A stretch of 28,372 nt of DNA from Smithellaceae bacterium (GCA_035341435.1 DAOQVG010000001.1:1-28372); one strand, 5' to 3'. Positions 1-9,859 are shown, counted from the stretch's first letter. Program-made: numbers and translations. Notes: generated by a model from the letters alone, not told the origin.

Positions 1-88
1 CTTTGGTAACTGCTATTTACTCAAATCTATACTGTAAGTCCGACAGACTCCTAGCCGCCGCGGTATCATCATTGATTTGAAAATGGAA

Positions 89-1393
89 TTATTTTCCGGA
101 CTCAATATATTCCACTATTTTTTCGGCGATGGTCGTAACGGTTGTCTTGAATTCTTCTTCGTCCTTATCCAGCAGCGTCATACGGAAACCGGGCAGCGGC
201 GTAAAAAATGATGTCAGCGGTACTATGCAGATGCCTGTCGCCGCCAGCAGGTAATAAACGAAGCGCTTGTCGTTTTCTATATCTTCACTGACCAGTTGTT
301 CAATGTATTCCCTGATTTCTCTCTGCTCAATGCGCAGAATCTGCCGGTTATTGAGAGCCGACTCATTGAATACGGCCGTCATATAAAAAGCGCCGTTGGT
401 CTTGTTGACGATCAAATACGGCACATCTTTCAAAATGTCATAAGCTATATTGGAGAGTTTATCGTAGTGCTGTATCCGTTTACTTAAATAATTCGGATAT
501 TCCGGGTGGCTCATCATCCGCGGAATCGTCATTTGCGGCAAAGTCGTTGAACATACTTCCGACATCTTCTGCTGGAAAATAGTGTTGATAAAACGGGCGA
601 AGGCAGGGTCTTTATCAGCATTGTATACTTCAATCCAGCCGCAGCGCGAACCCGGCCAGGGAAATTCTTTGGAAATTCCCTTCATGCTGATCGCCGGAAC
701 GTCGCCGATAAGATCGGAGATAGGCACCGTCTTTTTTCCGCCGTAAACAATGTTCAGATAAGTTTCATCGGCAATCAGAAAGAGGCCGTGATCCTTGGCG
801 ATCTGAATCATCTGCTTCAGGGTTTCCACCGGATAGACAAATCCAGTCGGATTATCCGGGTTAATCAACAAAATACCCACAATTGATTTGCCGCTTTTCA
901 CCTTTTTTTCGATCTCGCAAATATCGGGATACCAGTTGCTGTAAGGATTCATCCGGTAGGTGTTGGGTGGAAATGAAGCGTGGAGCACTTCCGCCATAAA
1001 GTGCGTCGAATAAGTCGGCTCCGGCATAATCACCCGGGCGTCCACCTGCAAAGAACTATAGGAACGGGCAATGGCGTCACCCAAACCGTTGAAGAAAATA
1101 ATATCATCAGCCGTAATCTGCGCCTTCCCCCTCTTATTTACCCGTTCGGCAAGAAACTCTCTGGTTTCATCCACCCCTTTGGTCGGACAATAAGCAAACG
1201 AGCGATTATCCCTGATGGTTTCGGCAACGACTTCCTTCATCCAGTCGGGAATCTCTTCCCCTTTTTCCACCGGATCACCGATGTTTTCGCGGATAATATT
1301 TACACCATACTTTTTAAGTTTGTCGGCAATCAAGATTATATTGCGGATTTCGTAAGTAAGCCCGCTCCCGCCACGGGCGATCTCAAATCTCAT
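89..1393 (-). CDS. PLP-dependent aminotransferase class I/II (AlaA/alanine transaminase-like)
   Basis: 434 aa; motifs NIGDP, Y(C)PTKG, INPDNPTG, DETY and the PLP-lysine region SMKGISKEFPWPGSRCGW. Confidence 0.9.
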   Translation of the reverse strand: MRFEIARGGSGLTYEIRNIILIADKLKKYGVNIIRENIGDPVEKGEEIPDWMKEVVAETIRDNRSFAYCPTKGVDETREFLAERVNKRGKAQITADDIIFFNGLGDAIARSYSSLQVDARVIMPEPTYSTHFMAEVLHASFPPNTYRMNPYSNWYPDICEIEKKVKSGKSIVGILLINPDNPTGFVYPVETLKQMIQIAKDHGLFLIADETYLNIVYGGKKTVPISDLIGDVPAISMKGISKEFPWPGSRCGWIEVYNADKDPAFARFINTIFQQKMSEVCSTTLPQMTIPRMMSHPEYPNYLSKRIQHYDKLSNIAYDILKDVPYLIVNKTNGAFYMTAVFNESALNNRQILRIEQREIREYIEQLVSEDIENDKRFVYYLLAATGICIVPLTSFFTPLPGFRMTLLDKDEEEFKTTVTTIAEKIVEYIESGK

Positions 1394-1596
1394 AAATCAT
1401 CTAACTCCTTAAAAATAGTCGTTGTTTCATAATACATTTTTCCCCAATTATCCATATTTTTTTAAATTACTTAATTTCATTAATTATTCATACCAATTTT
1501 CTGAAAGACAAAATACATTTTTCGTGCTATCAACATCAGCCATTGATAATTAAACCGTCAAAAAACACAAAATAACCAATTAAAACGAGGCGTAAA

Positions 1597-2766
1597 ATGG
1601 ACGAAACTAAAAGCTTTGCTCAGATGCTTGATGAATCATACTCAACCCCCAGGCATTTTTCCGTAGGTGAAAAAATTGAAGCGGTAATCGTAAAGATATC
1701 TACCGACTGGATTTTTCTTGATCTGGGAGCAAAGAGCGAAGGTTACATAGATAAAAAAGAGTTTATCGATGAAGACGGCAACCTGACTGTCAAGGAAGGC
1801 GACAAGATAACGGCTTACTTCATTTCTTCAAGGCATGGTGAAAAACTTTTTACCACTAAATTGCTGGCGCGCAAAAGTGTTGATGAATTTTTACTCAACG
1901 CCTATCAGAACCAGATTCCGCTGGAGGCAACCGTAGAGAAAGAAATTAAAGGCGGCTTCCTGGTCAAAATCGGCGCCGGCGCCGGCGGCTTTTGCCCTTA
2001 CTCTCAAATGGACATCAAAAAAATTGATGACGCCGCCTCATTTGTGGGCAAAAAACTGGATTTTCTCGTTCTTGAGTATGGAGACAACGGCCGTAAAGTC
2101 ATACTTTCCCGCCGGCCGCTGCTGGAAAAAATTGAACAGGAAAAAATTCAAGTTCTTAAAGAAACGCTGCAAACAGGAATGATTGTCCGCGGAGTGGTAA
2201 AAAGCGTTCGAAATTTCGGCGCATTTGTTGACATCGGCGGCGTTCAGGCCCTGTTGCCGATATCGGAAATGTCCTGGGGCAGAGTGGAAGATCCCAAACT
2301 GCTTTTCGCTCCCGGAACAACCGTTGAAGCAGTCATCATCAATCTGGACTGGGAAAGCAACCGTATCACCTTATCCTTCAAAGATACGCTGCCGGATCCG
2401 TGGAACGAGGTAATCGCCAAATACCGGGAAGGTTCCGTTTGCAAGGGCAAAGTTTCCCGCCTCACTGATTTCGGTGCTTTTATAACCCTGGAAGACGGCG
2501 TGGACGGTCTTGTGCACATTTCCAAACTGGCCCGCGGCAAAAAAATCAAACACGCCCGTGATGTATTGACTGCCGGCGCGGATATCGAAGTGAAAATTGA
2601 AAAGATCGACCGTGAAAACAAACGGATTTCCCTTGATCTCGCCGCGGAAGGCGGTGATTCATCAGTAGAGGAAAGCACTGATGATTACAAAAGCTACATG
2701 CCCAGAGCGCCGAAAACAATGGGGACTTTGGGCGATCTCTTAAAAAAATCCGGTAAAAAGCGTTAA
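1597..2766 (+). CDS. rpsA: 30S ribosomal protein S1 family protein, short form with about 4 S1 domains
   Basis: Repeated S1/OB motifs (GAKSEGYI, FCPYSQMD, FGAFVDIGGVQALLPISEMSW, FGAFITLEDGVDGLVHISKL), C-terminal TMGTLGDLLK; SD GAGG before ATG. Confidence 0.85.
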   Translation: MDETKSFAQMLDESYSTPRHFSVGEKIEAVIVKISTDWIFLDLGAKSEGYIDKKEFIDEDGNLTVKEGDKITAYFISSRHGEKLFTTKLLARKSVDEFLLNAYQNQIPLEATVEKEIKGGFLVKIGAGAGGFCPYSQMDIKKIDDAASFVGKKLDFLVLEYGDNGRKVILSRRPLLEKIEQEKIQVLKETLQTGMIVRGVVKSVRNFGAFVDIGGVQALLPISEMSWGRVEDPKLLFAPGTTVEAVIINLDWESNRITLSFKDTLPDPWNEVIAKYREGSVCKGKVSRLTDFGAFITLEDGVDGLVHISKLARGKKIKHARDVLTAGADIEVKIEKIDRENKRISLDLAAEGGDSSVEESTDDYKSYMPRAPKTMGTLGDLLKKSGKKR

Positions 2767-2792
2767 TTCTATTTTGCATCCGGAAGAGTACT

Positions 2793-5111
2793 CTATTTGA
2801 AAAGATTGCGGAAAAATTCCCGTACGCCCTGTATGCCATTCCGAATAGTTTTCCCGACGGCGTTTTCGGGATGCAAAGGACAGGTTTCTTTTGGTGCTGT
2901 TCCCGAAAGATAAGCCTCGCGCAGTTTTTGCGGACATTCGTTCGTGGCCACAAGGCCGGATTCCGGATCAATTAAAGCGGTTTCAATCCCCTGCGGCACA
3001 ATAACGGCGGACGGTGCGGAACGGGCATATAGAGTCCGCATGAAGCGCGTCCAGATGCGGAGCGCGCCTTTGGCCCCCGTCAATCCCGTATCGGCCCCGG
3101 AATCGTATCCCACCCAGACAACACAGACCACGTCGGGGGTATAACCCACGAACCAGGAATCCCGGTTGCTGTTTGTCGTTCCTGTTTTTCCCGCGGCCGG
3201 AAAGTTGATCCCCAGCGCCTTTGACTCTTTGGCCGTGCCGCGCGCAAGTACGCCTTCCATTGCATATCCGGTAAGATATGTCGCCCGCGAATCAAAAACC
3301 TGCTGCTGCTGAACTGTCCGGACAATAAGGGGATCTTCCGACGCTGTATTGACCGCGTAGAGGGGGTAGCGCTCAAATCGTATACCTCCGGAAGCCAGCG
3401 TCGCGAAAGCGTAGGCAAGTTCCAGCGGTGTAACTTCGAAGCTCCCCAGCGCTATTGATGGAACGGGTAAAAGAGGGCTGGTGATCCCCGCCGCCCGTGC
3501 GGTATTGAGCACTTCCTGAAATCCGACATCATAAGCCAGTCGGACGGCGGCGGTATTTACGGAATCCTCTATTATTTTCCGGATCGTAATCTTGTCGTAC
3601 GTTTTACCTTCAAAATTGACCGGCGTCCATATTCCTTCGGGGGTTGGAAGCGAAATCGGTTCACCGGAAACAAGTGTGGAAAGCGTTTTATTCGTCTTTC
3701 CCTGCACCGACTGGACAAGCGCGGCAAGAAGAACGAAAGGTTTGAAGGCGCTTCCCGGCTGGCGTTTCGCATCCACCGCCCTGTTGAAATGGCTCTGTTC
3801 GTAAGACCGTCCCCCCACCATCGCGGTCATCGCTCCGGTCTTTGGATTGACGGCGACCAGGGCCGCCTGCAGCGGTTCACCGGCCGGCAGGGCTGTTCTC
3901 TCTATTTCGGCGATTCCCCGGCCAACAGCCTCTTCCGCCGCCGCCTGCTGGATGGGATCGAGGGTTGTATAGTACCGGTAGCCCGTGCGATAGAGCTTTT
4001 CACCGCCCAGTTCTTCGGCAGTGATCCTCTGAATGTAGTCCACAAAGTATGACGACAGGCGGACGGGGATTTTGCGCTGCTGCAGCCTGACCGGTTGGCG
4101 GGAAGCCTGTTGATACTCTGCTTCCTGAATCATATTCAGTTTGCGCATACGCGCCAGGACATTATTGCGCCGCTTCAGGGCCGCCTGGCTGTCCCGGATA
4201 TTGGCGTACTTCCGGGGTGAGCGGATGATTCCGGCCAGCAGGGCGGATTCCTCCAGGGAAAGATCTTTAGCCGGTTTCGAGAAATAGAATCCGGCCGCTT
4301 CTTCAATGCCGTAAATACCCCGGAGCCCTTCCTGTCCGAAGTAAATCTTGTTGAGATACATCTCCAGAATCTGCGGCTTCGAATACCGCATTTCCAGGAC
4401 GAGGGCCATTTCCATCTCCCGCAGTTTGCGTCCGAGTGTCTTCTGCGGGGAGAGGAAGAAGTTGCGGGCAAGCTGCTGAGTAATGGTGGAAGCACCCTGG
4501 GCAAACCGGCGTTCTTTGAGATTGATCAATAAAGCCCGGCCGATGGCCAGGAAATCTATCCCCATATGGGAATAAAAACGTGCATCTTCAGAAGCGACAA
4601 CAGCTTTTTGCAAGTAAGGGGAGACGGCGTCCAGGGTAACCGGCCGACGGGATTCCATCTGCGGTCCCAGAATGCGGCCAATTTCCTCCGGTTCCAGACA
4701 GATCGAATTAAGCTGCGAACCATCAGGTGCAAGCAGAGATACAACCCGATCGGTTTGCACCACAATCTTTACAGGGCCGTCGGGAAAAGATTTTTTTTCG
4801 CTTCCAATATTACGGGGGTATATCCGGATAGAATCCCGGGCAATCGAATAAGTACCGGCTTCCGTCGGCTTGCCTTGTATTCTCCTATAGGATAGTCTCT
4901 GTAATCGTTCGGTAAAACGCAGATTTTCGAGGTGATCTCCCTTCCGGATATAAGTGGGAGACCCGTAAAAGATCGCGGGAGCTTCTCCGGCTTTTTCAGC
5001 AACTTCCCGGCCTACCTGGAAATACATGTAGCCCAGATGGGAGGCTGCAGCCAGCAGAACGCCGACGGCAAGGAACAACAAGATATATCGCCGGATCAAA
5101 GAGCCCTCCAC
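2793..5111 (-). CDS. mrcB: Bifunctional class A penicillin-binding protein (PBP1B-like transglycosylase/transpeptidase)
   Basis: N-terminal TM helix; GT51 motifs EDARF, GASTITQQL, RKLRE; transpeptidase SxxK (GSAFKP), SxN (SVN), KTG (KTGT). Start uncertain (GTG 5111 or TTG about 5099). Confidence 0.88.
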   Translation of the reverse strand: MEGSLIRRYILLFLAVGVLLAAASHLGYMYFQVGREVAEKAGEAPAIFYGSPTYIRKGDHLENLRFTERLQRLSYRRIQGKPTEAGTYSIARDSIRIYPRNIGSEKKSFPDGPVKIVVQTDRVVSLLAPDGSQLNSICLEPEEIGRILGPQMESRRPVTLDAVSPYLQKAVVASEDARFYSHMGIDFLAIGRALLINLKERRFAQGASTITQQLARNFFLSPQKTLGRKLREMEMALVLEMRYSKPQILEMYLNKIYFGQEGLRGIYGIEEAAGFYFSKPAKDLSLEESALLAGIIRSPRKYANIRDSQAALKRRNNVLARMRKLNMIQEAEYQQASRQPVRLQQRKIPVRLSSYFVDYIQRITAEELGGEKLYRTGYRYYTTLDPIQQAAAEEAVGRGIAEIERTALPAGEPLQAALVAVNPKTGAMTAMVGGRSYEQSHFNRAVDAKRQPGSAFKPFVLLAALVQSVQGKTNKTLSTLVSGEPISLPTPEGIWTPVNFEGKTYDKITIRKIIEDSVNTAAVRLAYDVGFQEVLNTARAAGITSPLLPVPSIALGSFEVTPLELAYAFATLASGGIRFERYPLYAVNTASEDPLIVRTVQQQQVFDSRATYLTGYAMEGVLARGTAKESKALGINFPAAGKTGTTNSNRDSWFVGYTPDVVCVVWVGYDSGADTGLTGAKGALRIWTRFMRTLYARSAPSAVIVPQGIETALIDPESGLVATNECPQKLREAYLSGTAPKETCPLHPENAVGKTIRNGIQGVREFFRNLFK

Positions 5112-5205
5112 CTCGTTTCTCCCAAGCGCAGATATATCATTCCGGCGAGGCTGTTGAGTCTTTGACGATAATAATCAAACCTCTTATTCCAATTCCAGTC
5201 ACGCA

Positions 5206-5388
5206 CTATCTTTGTTGGCACAGTCTGCTTTGATGCAGGCTGGGGGCGCCGGCTTCCTGTACGTCTGTATAACATTCGACCTGCTGGTTATCAGGCAGGT
5301 TAATGGGCACTTCCTTCTTGCCTATCCGACACAAGCACCAAACAAATAATGCAAATAATACAAATAATACTATGAAACCTATAATCAT
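5206..5388 (-). CDS. Possible small single-pass membrane protein (about 60 aa)
   Basis: Hydrophobic N-terminus (MIIGFIVLFVLFALFVWCLC) followed by RIGKK; occupies intergenic space; weak SD. Confidence 0.35.
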   Translation of the reverse strand: MIIGFIVLFVLFALFVWCLCRIGKKEVPINLPDNQQVECYTDVQEAGAPSLHQSRLCQQR

Positions 5389-5499
5389 CACGTTGCTTTT
5401 TTACCTGGAGGATTCTACCATCCCCCGTTCCTGGTTTATTACTGCATTGCTTCCTGAACAATAATAGAGCTCGAACCCGTATCGAGCCGTAATCCGTGC

Positions 5500-5916
5500 T
5501 TAGAGACTGGAGAGCCTCTCAGAATAACTCCAGAAGGAATTACCGGCAACGGCTGACCCGGAGCGGCCGGACGACCAGATGTTTTCTACAGCATTTTCCA
5601 TTTCATCCAGATGGAATGGCTTGGCGAAGCAGATATCGGCGCCGGCGGCCTTGAAATTGTTCAAGGCTTGAAAAGATCCACTCATGCCTATTACATAAGT
5701 GGCCGGTAAATCGGATTTGATGTAGCGGCAAAGTTCCGCTCCACCCATCCGGGGCATTTCTGCGTCGGTAATCACAACATCATAGGAATTGTTCCTCAGG
5801 AGCTCTGTAGCTTCGATACCGTCCAACGCTTTATCTATTTCATGGCCTGACAGCTCCAGAAATGAAGATAGAATGTTTACGATATCCACGCAATCATCCA
5901 CAATTAATAATTTCAT
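5500..5916 (-). CDS. Single-domain response regulator (CheY-like receiver)
   Basis: MKLLIVDD, phosphoacceptor in VITDAEMP, MSGS, KPF; ATG 5916 preceded by GAGG. Confidence 0.88.
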   Translation of the reverse strand: MKLLIVDDCVDIVNILSSFLELSGHEIDKALDGIEATELLRNNSYDVVITDAEMPRMGGAELCRYIKSDLPATYVIGMSGSFQALNNFKAAGADICFAKPFHLDEMENAVENIWSSGRSGSAVAGNSFWSYSERLSSL

Positions 5917-6050
5917 GACAGGCCTCATAATTTTATTGGTTACGTTGTCTCCGGTACTTGAGGCACCGGACCTATCCAGCCACCCGGTTGTGTGCTAAAA
6001 AGATATAATTCTAACGGCAATGGCTATTTACGTAATAAAATCCGCCTTTC

Positions 6051-6245
6051 CTACATCTGATTCTTGAGCGACTTGTGCGGCAAAGTTATTTGATCTGCTC
6101 CTGCAGCCAAGGTTAACATCCAGCAGGTAGAGCCTGATGGAGTTTCCAACAGACAGGCTTTGTCTATTTCCAGTCCTGAGAGTTCAAGAAAAGAAGACAA
6201 CGCATTTACGCTGTCCACACAACCATCGGGAATTAATAACTTCAT
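6051..6245 (-). pseudogene. Internally deleted paralog of the adjacent receiver gene (64 codons, open frame)
   Basis: First 30 codons 25/30 aa identical to 5500..5916; then jumps to SGS...AAGAD, so the phosphoacceptor Asp segment is missing; strong SD GGAGG retained. Confidence 0.7.
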
Positions 6246-6342
6246 AAAATTCCTCCATATATACATATCCACGACTTGGATGAATATGGTAAACGTTCGT
6301 ATCTGAAACATATTTGACGCAATTATTTGCATACATATTAAG

Positions 6343-6358
6343 AGCAAAGAATATGCCA
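6343..6358 (-). promoter_or_regulatory. sigma54 -24/-12 promoter
   Basis: Minus strand TGGCAT-ATTCT-TTGCT with exact GG-N10-GC spacing, directly downstream of a sigma54 activator gene. Confidence 0.7.
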
Positions 6359-6376
6359 CGAAAAGTATTGCACCAT

Positions 6377-6389
6377 TAAATATTTGATA
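6377..6389 (-). promoter_or_regulatory. IHF binding site
   Basis: TATCAA-ATAT-TTA matches WATCAR-N4-TTR; 18 bp upstream of the -24 element. Confidence 0.55.
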
Positions 6390-6530
6390 TTAAAGAGAAT
6401 ATGGGCTTATCGCTTCAGGATATTAGCCGAAAGAGGCGCGGCAATGTGTAGGAGTTATCATACGGCGGAAAAAGTTCGATATGGGGAATGTTCCGTCAAT
6501 ACTGCAAATAATCAGTGAATGAATTTTCCT

Positions 6531-7889
6531 TCAGTCTTTCCGGAAATCCAGAGGATTCAGCTTGTGTTTCTCGAGCATGGCATAAAGATCAGCACGGTAT
6601 TTACCGGCCATTTTGGCCGCCTGGCTGACATTGCCTTTGGTGATTTTCATCAGTTCCTCAAGATAGCTGCGCTCAAAATCATTCTTTGATTCCTTAAACG
6701 GTAAGAAAGTGTTCTCTTCCATTTTCTGGTTTGTTATAACCAGCATCTCTTCGTTAATTACGTCTTCTCTGGCCATTACAACCGCGCATTCGATGACATT
6801 CTCCAGTTCCCGGACATTACCGGGCCAGGAATAGACCATGATCTTTTTCATTGCCTGCGGTGCAATATTCTTAATGCGCTTATTCATTTTGGCGGCGCAT
6901 TTTTCCAGAAAAAATTCAACGAGCAGAGCAATGTCCTCCTTGCGTTCTCTCAGGGGGGGGATCCTGATGGGAATCACGTGTATCCGGTAAAAAAGATCGC
7001 TGCGGAAGTTGCCTTTTTCTACCTCTTTTTCTATATCTTTATTGGAGGCGGAAACAATGCGGATGTCGACTTTGACGGGCTTCTGGGCTCCCAGCGGATA
7101 AAACTCTTTTTCCTCGATGGCTTTGAGAAGTTTACCCTGCATTGACAAAGGGATTTCCGATATTTCATCAAGAAAGATCATTCCTCCATCAGCCTGTAAA
7201 AAAAGACCTTTCTTATTGCTTACGGCACCGGTGAAAGCCCCTTTTTCAAAACCGAAAAGTTCGCTTTCCAGCAGCGTCTCCGGTATTGAAGCGCAATTGA
7301 TGGAAACAAAAGGTTTATCCCTCCTGTCACTGAGTTGATGCAGCGCCCGCGCAATCATTCCTTTGCCCGTGCCGCTTTCACCGCTGATAAACACACTGGA
7401 ATTGGACTGAGCCGCGAGAGCCGTTAAATCAAAAACCTGTTTCATCGGCGCACTGCGGCCGATTACACTCTGCAGGCCGTGGTCCTTATCGATGATATTT
7501 CTGAGTCTTTTCACCTCTCTGGACAGGTTGGATTTCTCAATGCCGTTTTTAATCTGCAGGAGGAGTTCCCGGTAATCGAAGGGCTTTGTTAAATATATAT
7601 AAGCCCCTTCTTTCATTGCCTCGACGGCGCTTTCAATTGTTCCATGGGCGGTGAGAATAATGACGGGAAGGTCCTGATCCAATTCGTGGATGCTTTTCAT
7701 TAATTCAATTCCATTCCCACCGGTAAATTTCATGTCGAGAAGAGCCAGTTCATACTCATTTTTTGACGCCAGTTCCTTGGCCCCGGCGATATCCGATGCC
7801 GTTTCCACCTGATATCCTTCGGATTCGAGCCTCATTTTTAATACTTTTAAAATATTTAAATCATCGTCTACAACTAAAAGCCTGTCCAT
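6531..7889 (-). CDS. sigma54-dependent response regulator (NtrC family, GlrR/QseF-like)
   Basis: Receiver (LLVVDDD, LLDMK, KPF), Walker A GESGTGK, GAFTGA loop, C-terminal Fis-type HTH. Confidence 0.92.
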   Translation of the reverse strand: MDRLLVVDDDLNILKVLKMRLESEGYQVETASDIAGAKELASKNEYELALLDMKFTGGNGIELMKSIHELDQDLPVIILTAHGTIESAVEAMKEGAYIYLTKPFDYRELLLQIKNGIEKSNLSREVKRLRNIIDKDHGLQSVIGRSAPMKQVFDLTALAAQSNSSVFISGESGTGKGMIARALHQLSDRRDKPFVSINCASIPETLLESELFGFEKGAFTGAVSNKKGLFLQADGGMIFLDEISEIPLSMQGKLLKAIEEKEFYPLGAQKPVKVDIRIVSASNKDIEKEVEKGNFRSDLFYRIHVIPIRIPPLRERKEDIALLVEFFLEKCAAKMNKRIKNIAPQAMKKIMVYSWPGNVRELENVIECAVVMAREDVINEEMLVITNQKMEENTFLPFKESKNDFERSYLEELMKITKGNVSQAAKMAGKYRADLYAMLEKHKLNPLDFRKD

Positions 7890-7919
7890 TACTAACTAAC
7901 CCCTATAATATCCTTAACC

Positions 7920-8462
7920 TTACCGAAGAATTTTTTTCTTTTTCTTCAAATTCATATCAATTTTTTTCATCAGCTCCAGCTTCTTTTCGATTTCTTCTAC
8001 GTGCTGTTCGAGCTTGTTTGTCTGCTGTTCGAGTTTGTTTATCTGTTTATGCTGCGTACTTATCTTCTTGTCCCTGTTGTTGATCTCGTTGATCAAGGAA
8101 ATAAATATTTCACTGTCCTGCCTGTAGCTGCTCTTCGGATATTTATTGACCAGCCGTCGAAAGTATTCCCAGGCCGTACGATAGTCCTTGCGCTTATTCT
8201 GCGGCAGCATATAGATAACGCCCGCCTGAAAAAGAGCCCGGTCGCCGGTTCCCGGATAACTTTCGGCAATATTTTCATATTTGGCTGCAGCTGCGTTGTA
8301 GTTTCCCTGCCTGGTGAAATTCTCGGCCTGTTCGAAATCCGTTGCGGCGGCCATTTCATTATAATAGTGGGCGCACCCGAATAGTTGTAGAATCGGAATT
8401 ATCAGGAAACAGGCAAAGAAAAGGTGAACATACTTCCCTCGCCTATCTTGCTTTTTACCCAT
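7920..8462 (-). CDS. TPR-containing lipoprotein with coiled-coil tail (positional QseG/YfhG analogue)
   Basis: Signal peptide with lipobox-like LFGC; BamD/YfiO-like TPR (ALFQAG...YPKSSY); heptad tail QINKLEQQTNKLEQHVEE; lies between kinase and regulator; overlaps kinase 3' end by 61 nt. Confidence 0.75.
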   Translation of the reverse strand: MGKKQDRRGKYVHLFFACFLIIPILQLFGCAHYYNEMAAATDFEQAENFTRQGNYNAAAAKYENIAESYPGTGDRALFQAGVIYMLPQNKRKDYRTAWEYFRRLVNKYPKSSYRQDSEIFISLINEINNRDKKISTQHKQINKLEQQTNKLEQHVEEIEKKLELMKKIDMNLKKKKKILR

Positions 8463-9859
8463 ATTTGGCCTCCATGTGCATTGATAATATACCTGACTAT
8501 TGCCAGTCCCAGCCCGGTGCCCCGGATAGCCCCTCTGCGATCGTCAACGCGTTTGAACTTATCAAATACCTGCTGCAATACGTCCTCGGGAATACCCATC
8601 CCCGTATCTTTTATAGATATTTCCATTGCTTTTTTCTCATCGTCATGAACAGCGGAAACTGTAATCGTCCCCCCTGCCGAAGTGTATTTCCAGGCGTTGC
8701 TTAATAAATTTTCCAGTACTTCCGCGATTCTCTCCACATCCATCCGCAGCACAGGAAGGTTTTCCGGTATTTCCTTAACAATATTCATCTTTTTATTTTG
8801 CAGCAGCGGTGACAGCTTCGTGATGCTTTTCTCTATTACCGGTTTAATATCGGCTTGCTGAAAAGAAAAATACATATTTCCGGCTTCCATCCGTGAAAAA
8901 TCGAGGATCCGGTTGACGGACGATATCAGTCGTTCGCATTCTTCCCTCACCATCTTGTATAAATCTGCCTGCTTTTCCGGAATCCTGGCAAATACACCCT
9001 GCTGAAGCATCAACGATGCCTCTCTGATAACAGTCAAAGGAGTTCGTAATTCATGAGACAAATGACTGATGTGGTCGATTTTCATCTGATCCATTTCTTT
9101 TAATCGTCCGCACATCGCGTTAAAAGCATTGGCCAATTCTCTGATCTCGGGAGGAGATGATATTTCGACAGTTTCATCAAAATTTCCCGAAGCAACATCC
9201 TTTGTTTTCTCTCTCAGTAACATTATCGGCTGATTGATTTTTCGGGCATTGATAAATGTGATAATCAGCACAAGACAAAAAACTATAATGCCCGCAATAA
9301 TACTGACATTGGCAATCTGCACCGCCATATCCCTGGACTGACGCAATTTGCTGTGCCTGTCTTCTGCCGAAATATTCGACAGCGAACGCAGCCTCCGGTC
9401 AATGTTGCCGGTAATTTCCTCTCTCTCATTCACATAAGCCTCAATGTTTTTTTCCCACACCGGCAAACGGTTTGTGAACGCACTTCGTTTCCTTAGCAGG
9501 GCATTATACCGGCTTTGAAATTTTCCAATATCCGACAGAAGAACATATTTCGCTTCGGTGTCCGCCAGAACTGATAGTTCTTTTATTCTGCGGTCAAAAT
9601 CATTTTTGGTCTGTTCGAACTGCCGGAAGTAATCAGGATCCCCGGATATGAGATACTTGTCGTCGGCGGCAGTCATACTGTACAGATCATCAAGAGCGTC
9701 TTCAACTATTTTGATGATCCGGGAATCGTGCCTGATTACGGACTCGATCATTCCATTGAGATTATTCAGGTGAATGATGGTGTATCCACTAATAACACCT
9801 ACCAGAAGGATAATCAGAAAATTATTGATGATTAATCTGTTGAAAATCGTAAGCTTCAG
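8402..9859 (-). CDS. HAMP-domain sensor histidine kinase (GlrK/QseE-like); probable CTG start at 9859
   Basis: H-box SHELRTPL, N-box ENLLSNAWKY, G1 DTGMGI, G2 GTGLGL. The frame stays open 36 codons upstream of ATG 9751, encoding the first TM helix, up to a CTG with GGGAG SD; an in-frame TAG lies just upstream. Confidence 0.88.
   Translation of the reverse strand: MKLTIFNRLIINNFLIILLVGVISGYTIIHLNNLNGMIESVIRHDSRIIKIVEDALDDLYSMTAADDKYLISGDPDYFRQFEQTKNDFDRRIKELSVLADTEAKYVLLSDIGKFQSRYNALLRKRSAFTNRLPVWEKNIEAYVNEREEITGNIDRRLRSLSNISAEDRHSKLRQSRDMAVQIANVSIIAGIIVFCLVLIITFINARKINQPIMLLREKTKDVASGNFDETVEISSPPEIRELANAFNAMCGRLKEMDQMKIDHISHLSHELRTPLTVIREASLMLQQGVFARIPEKQADLYKMVREECERLISSVNRILDFSRMEAGNMYFSFQQADIKPVIEKSITKLSPLLQNKKMNIVKEIPENLPVLRMDVERIAEVLENLLSNAWKYTSAGGTITVSAVHDDEKKAMEISIKDTGMGIPEDVLQQVFDKFKRVDDRRGAIRGTGLGLAIVRYIINAHGGQIWVKSKIGEGSMFTFSLPVS

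Noticed and set aside
5944-5970. Short hairpin TCCGGT-N9-ACCGGA upstream of the receiver gene
   Set aside because: A 6-bp stem with no T tract is within chance expectation.
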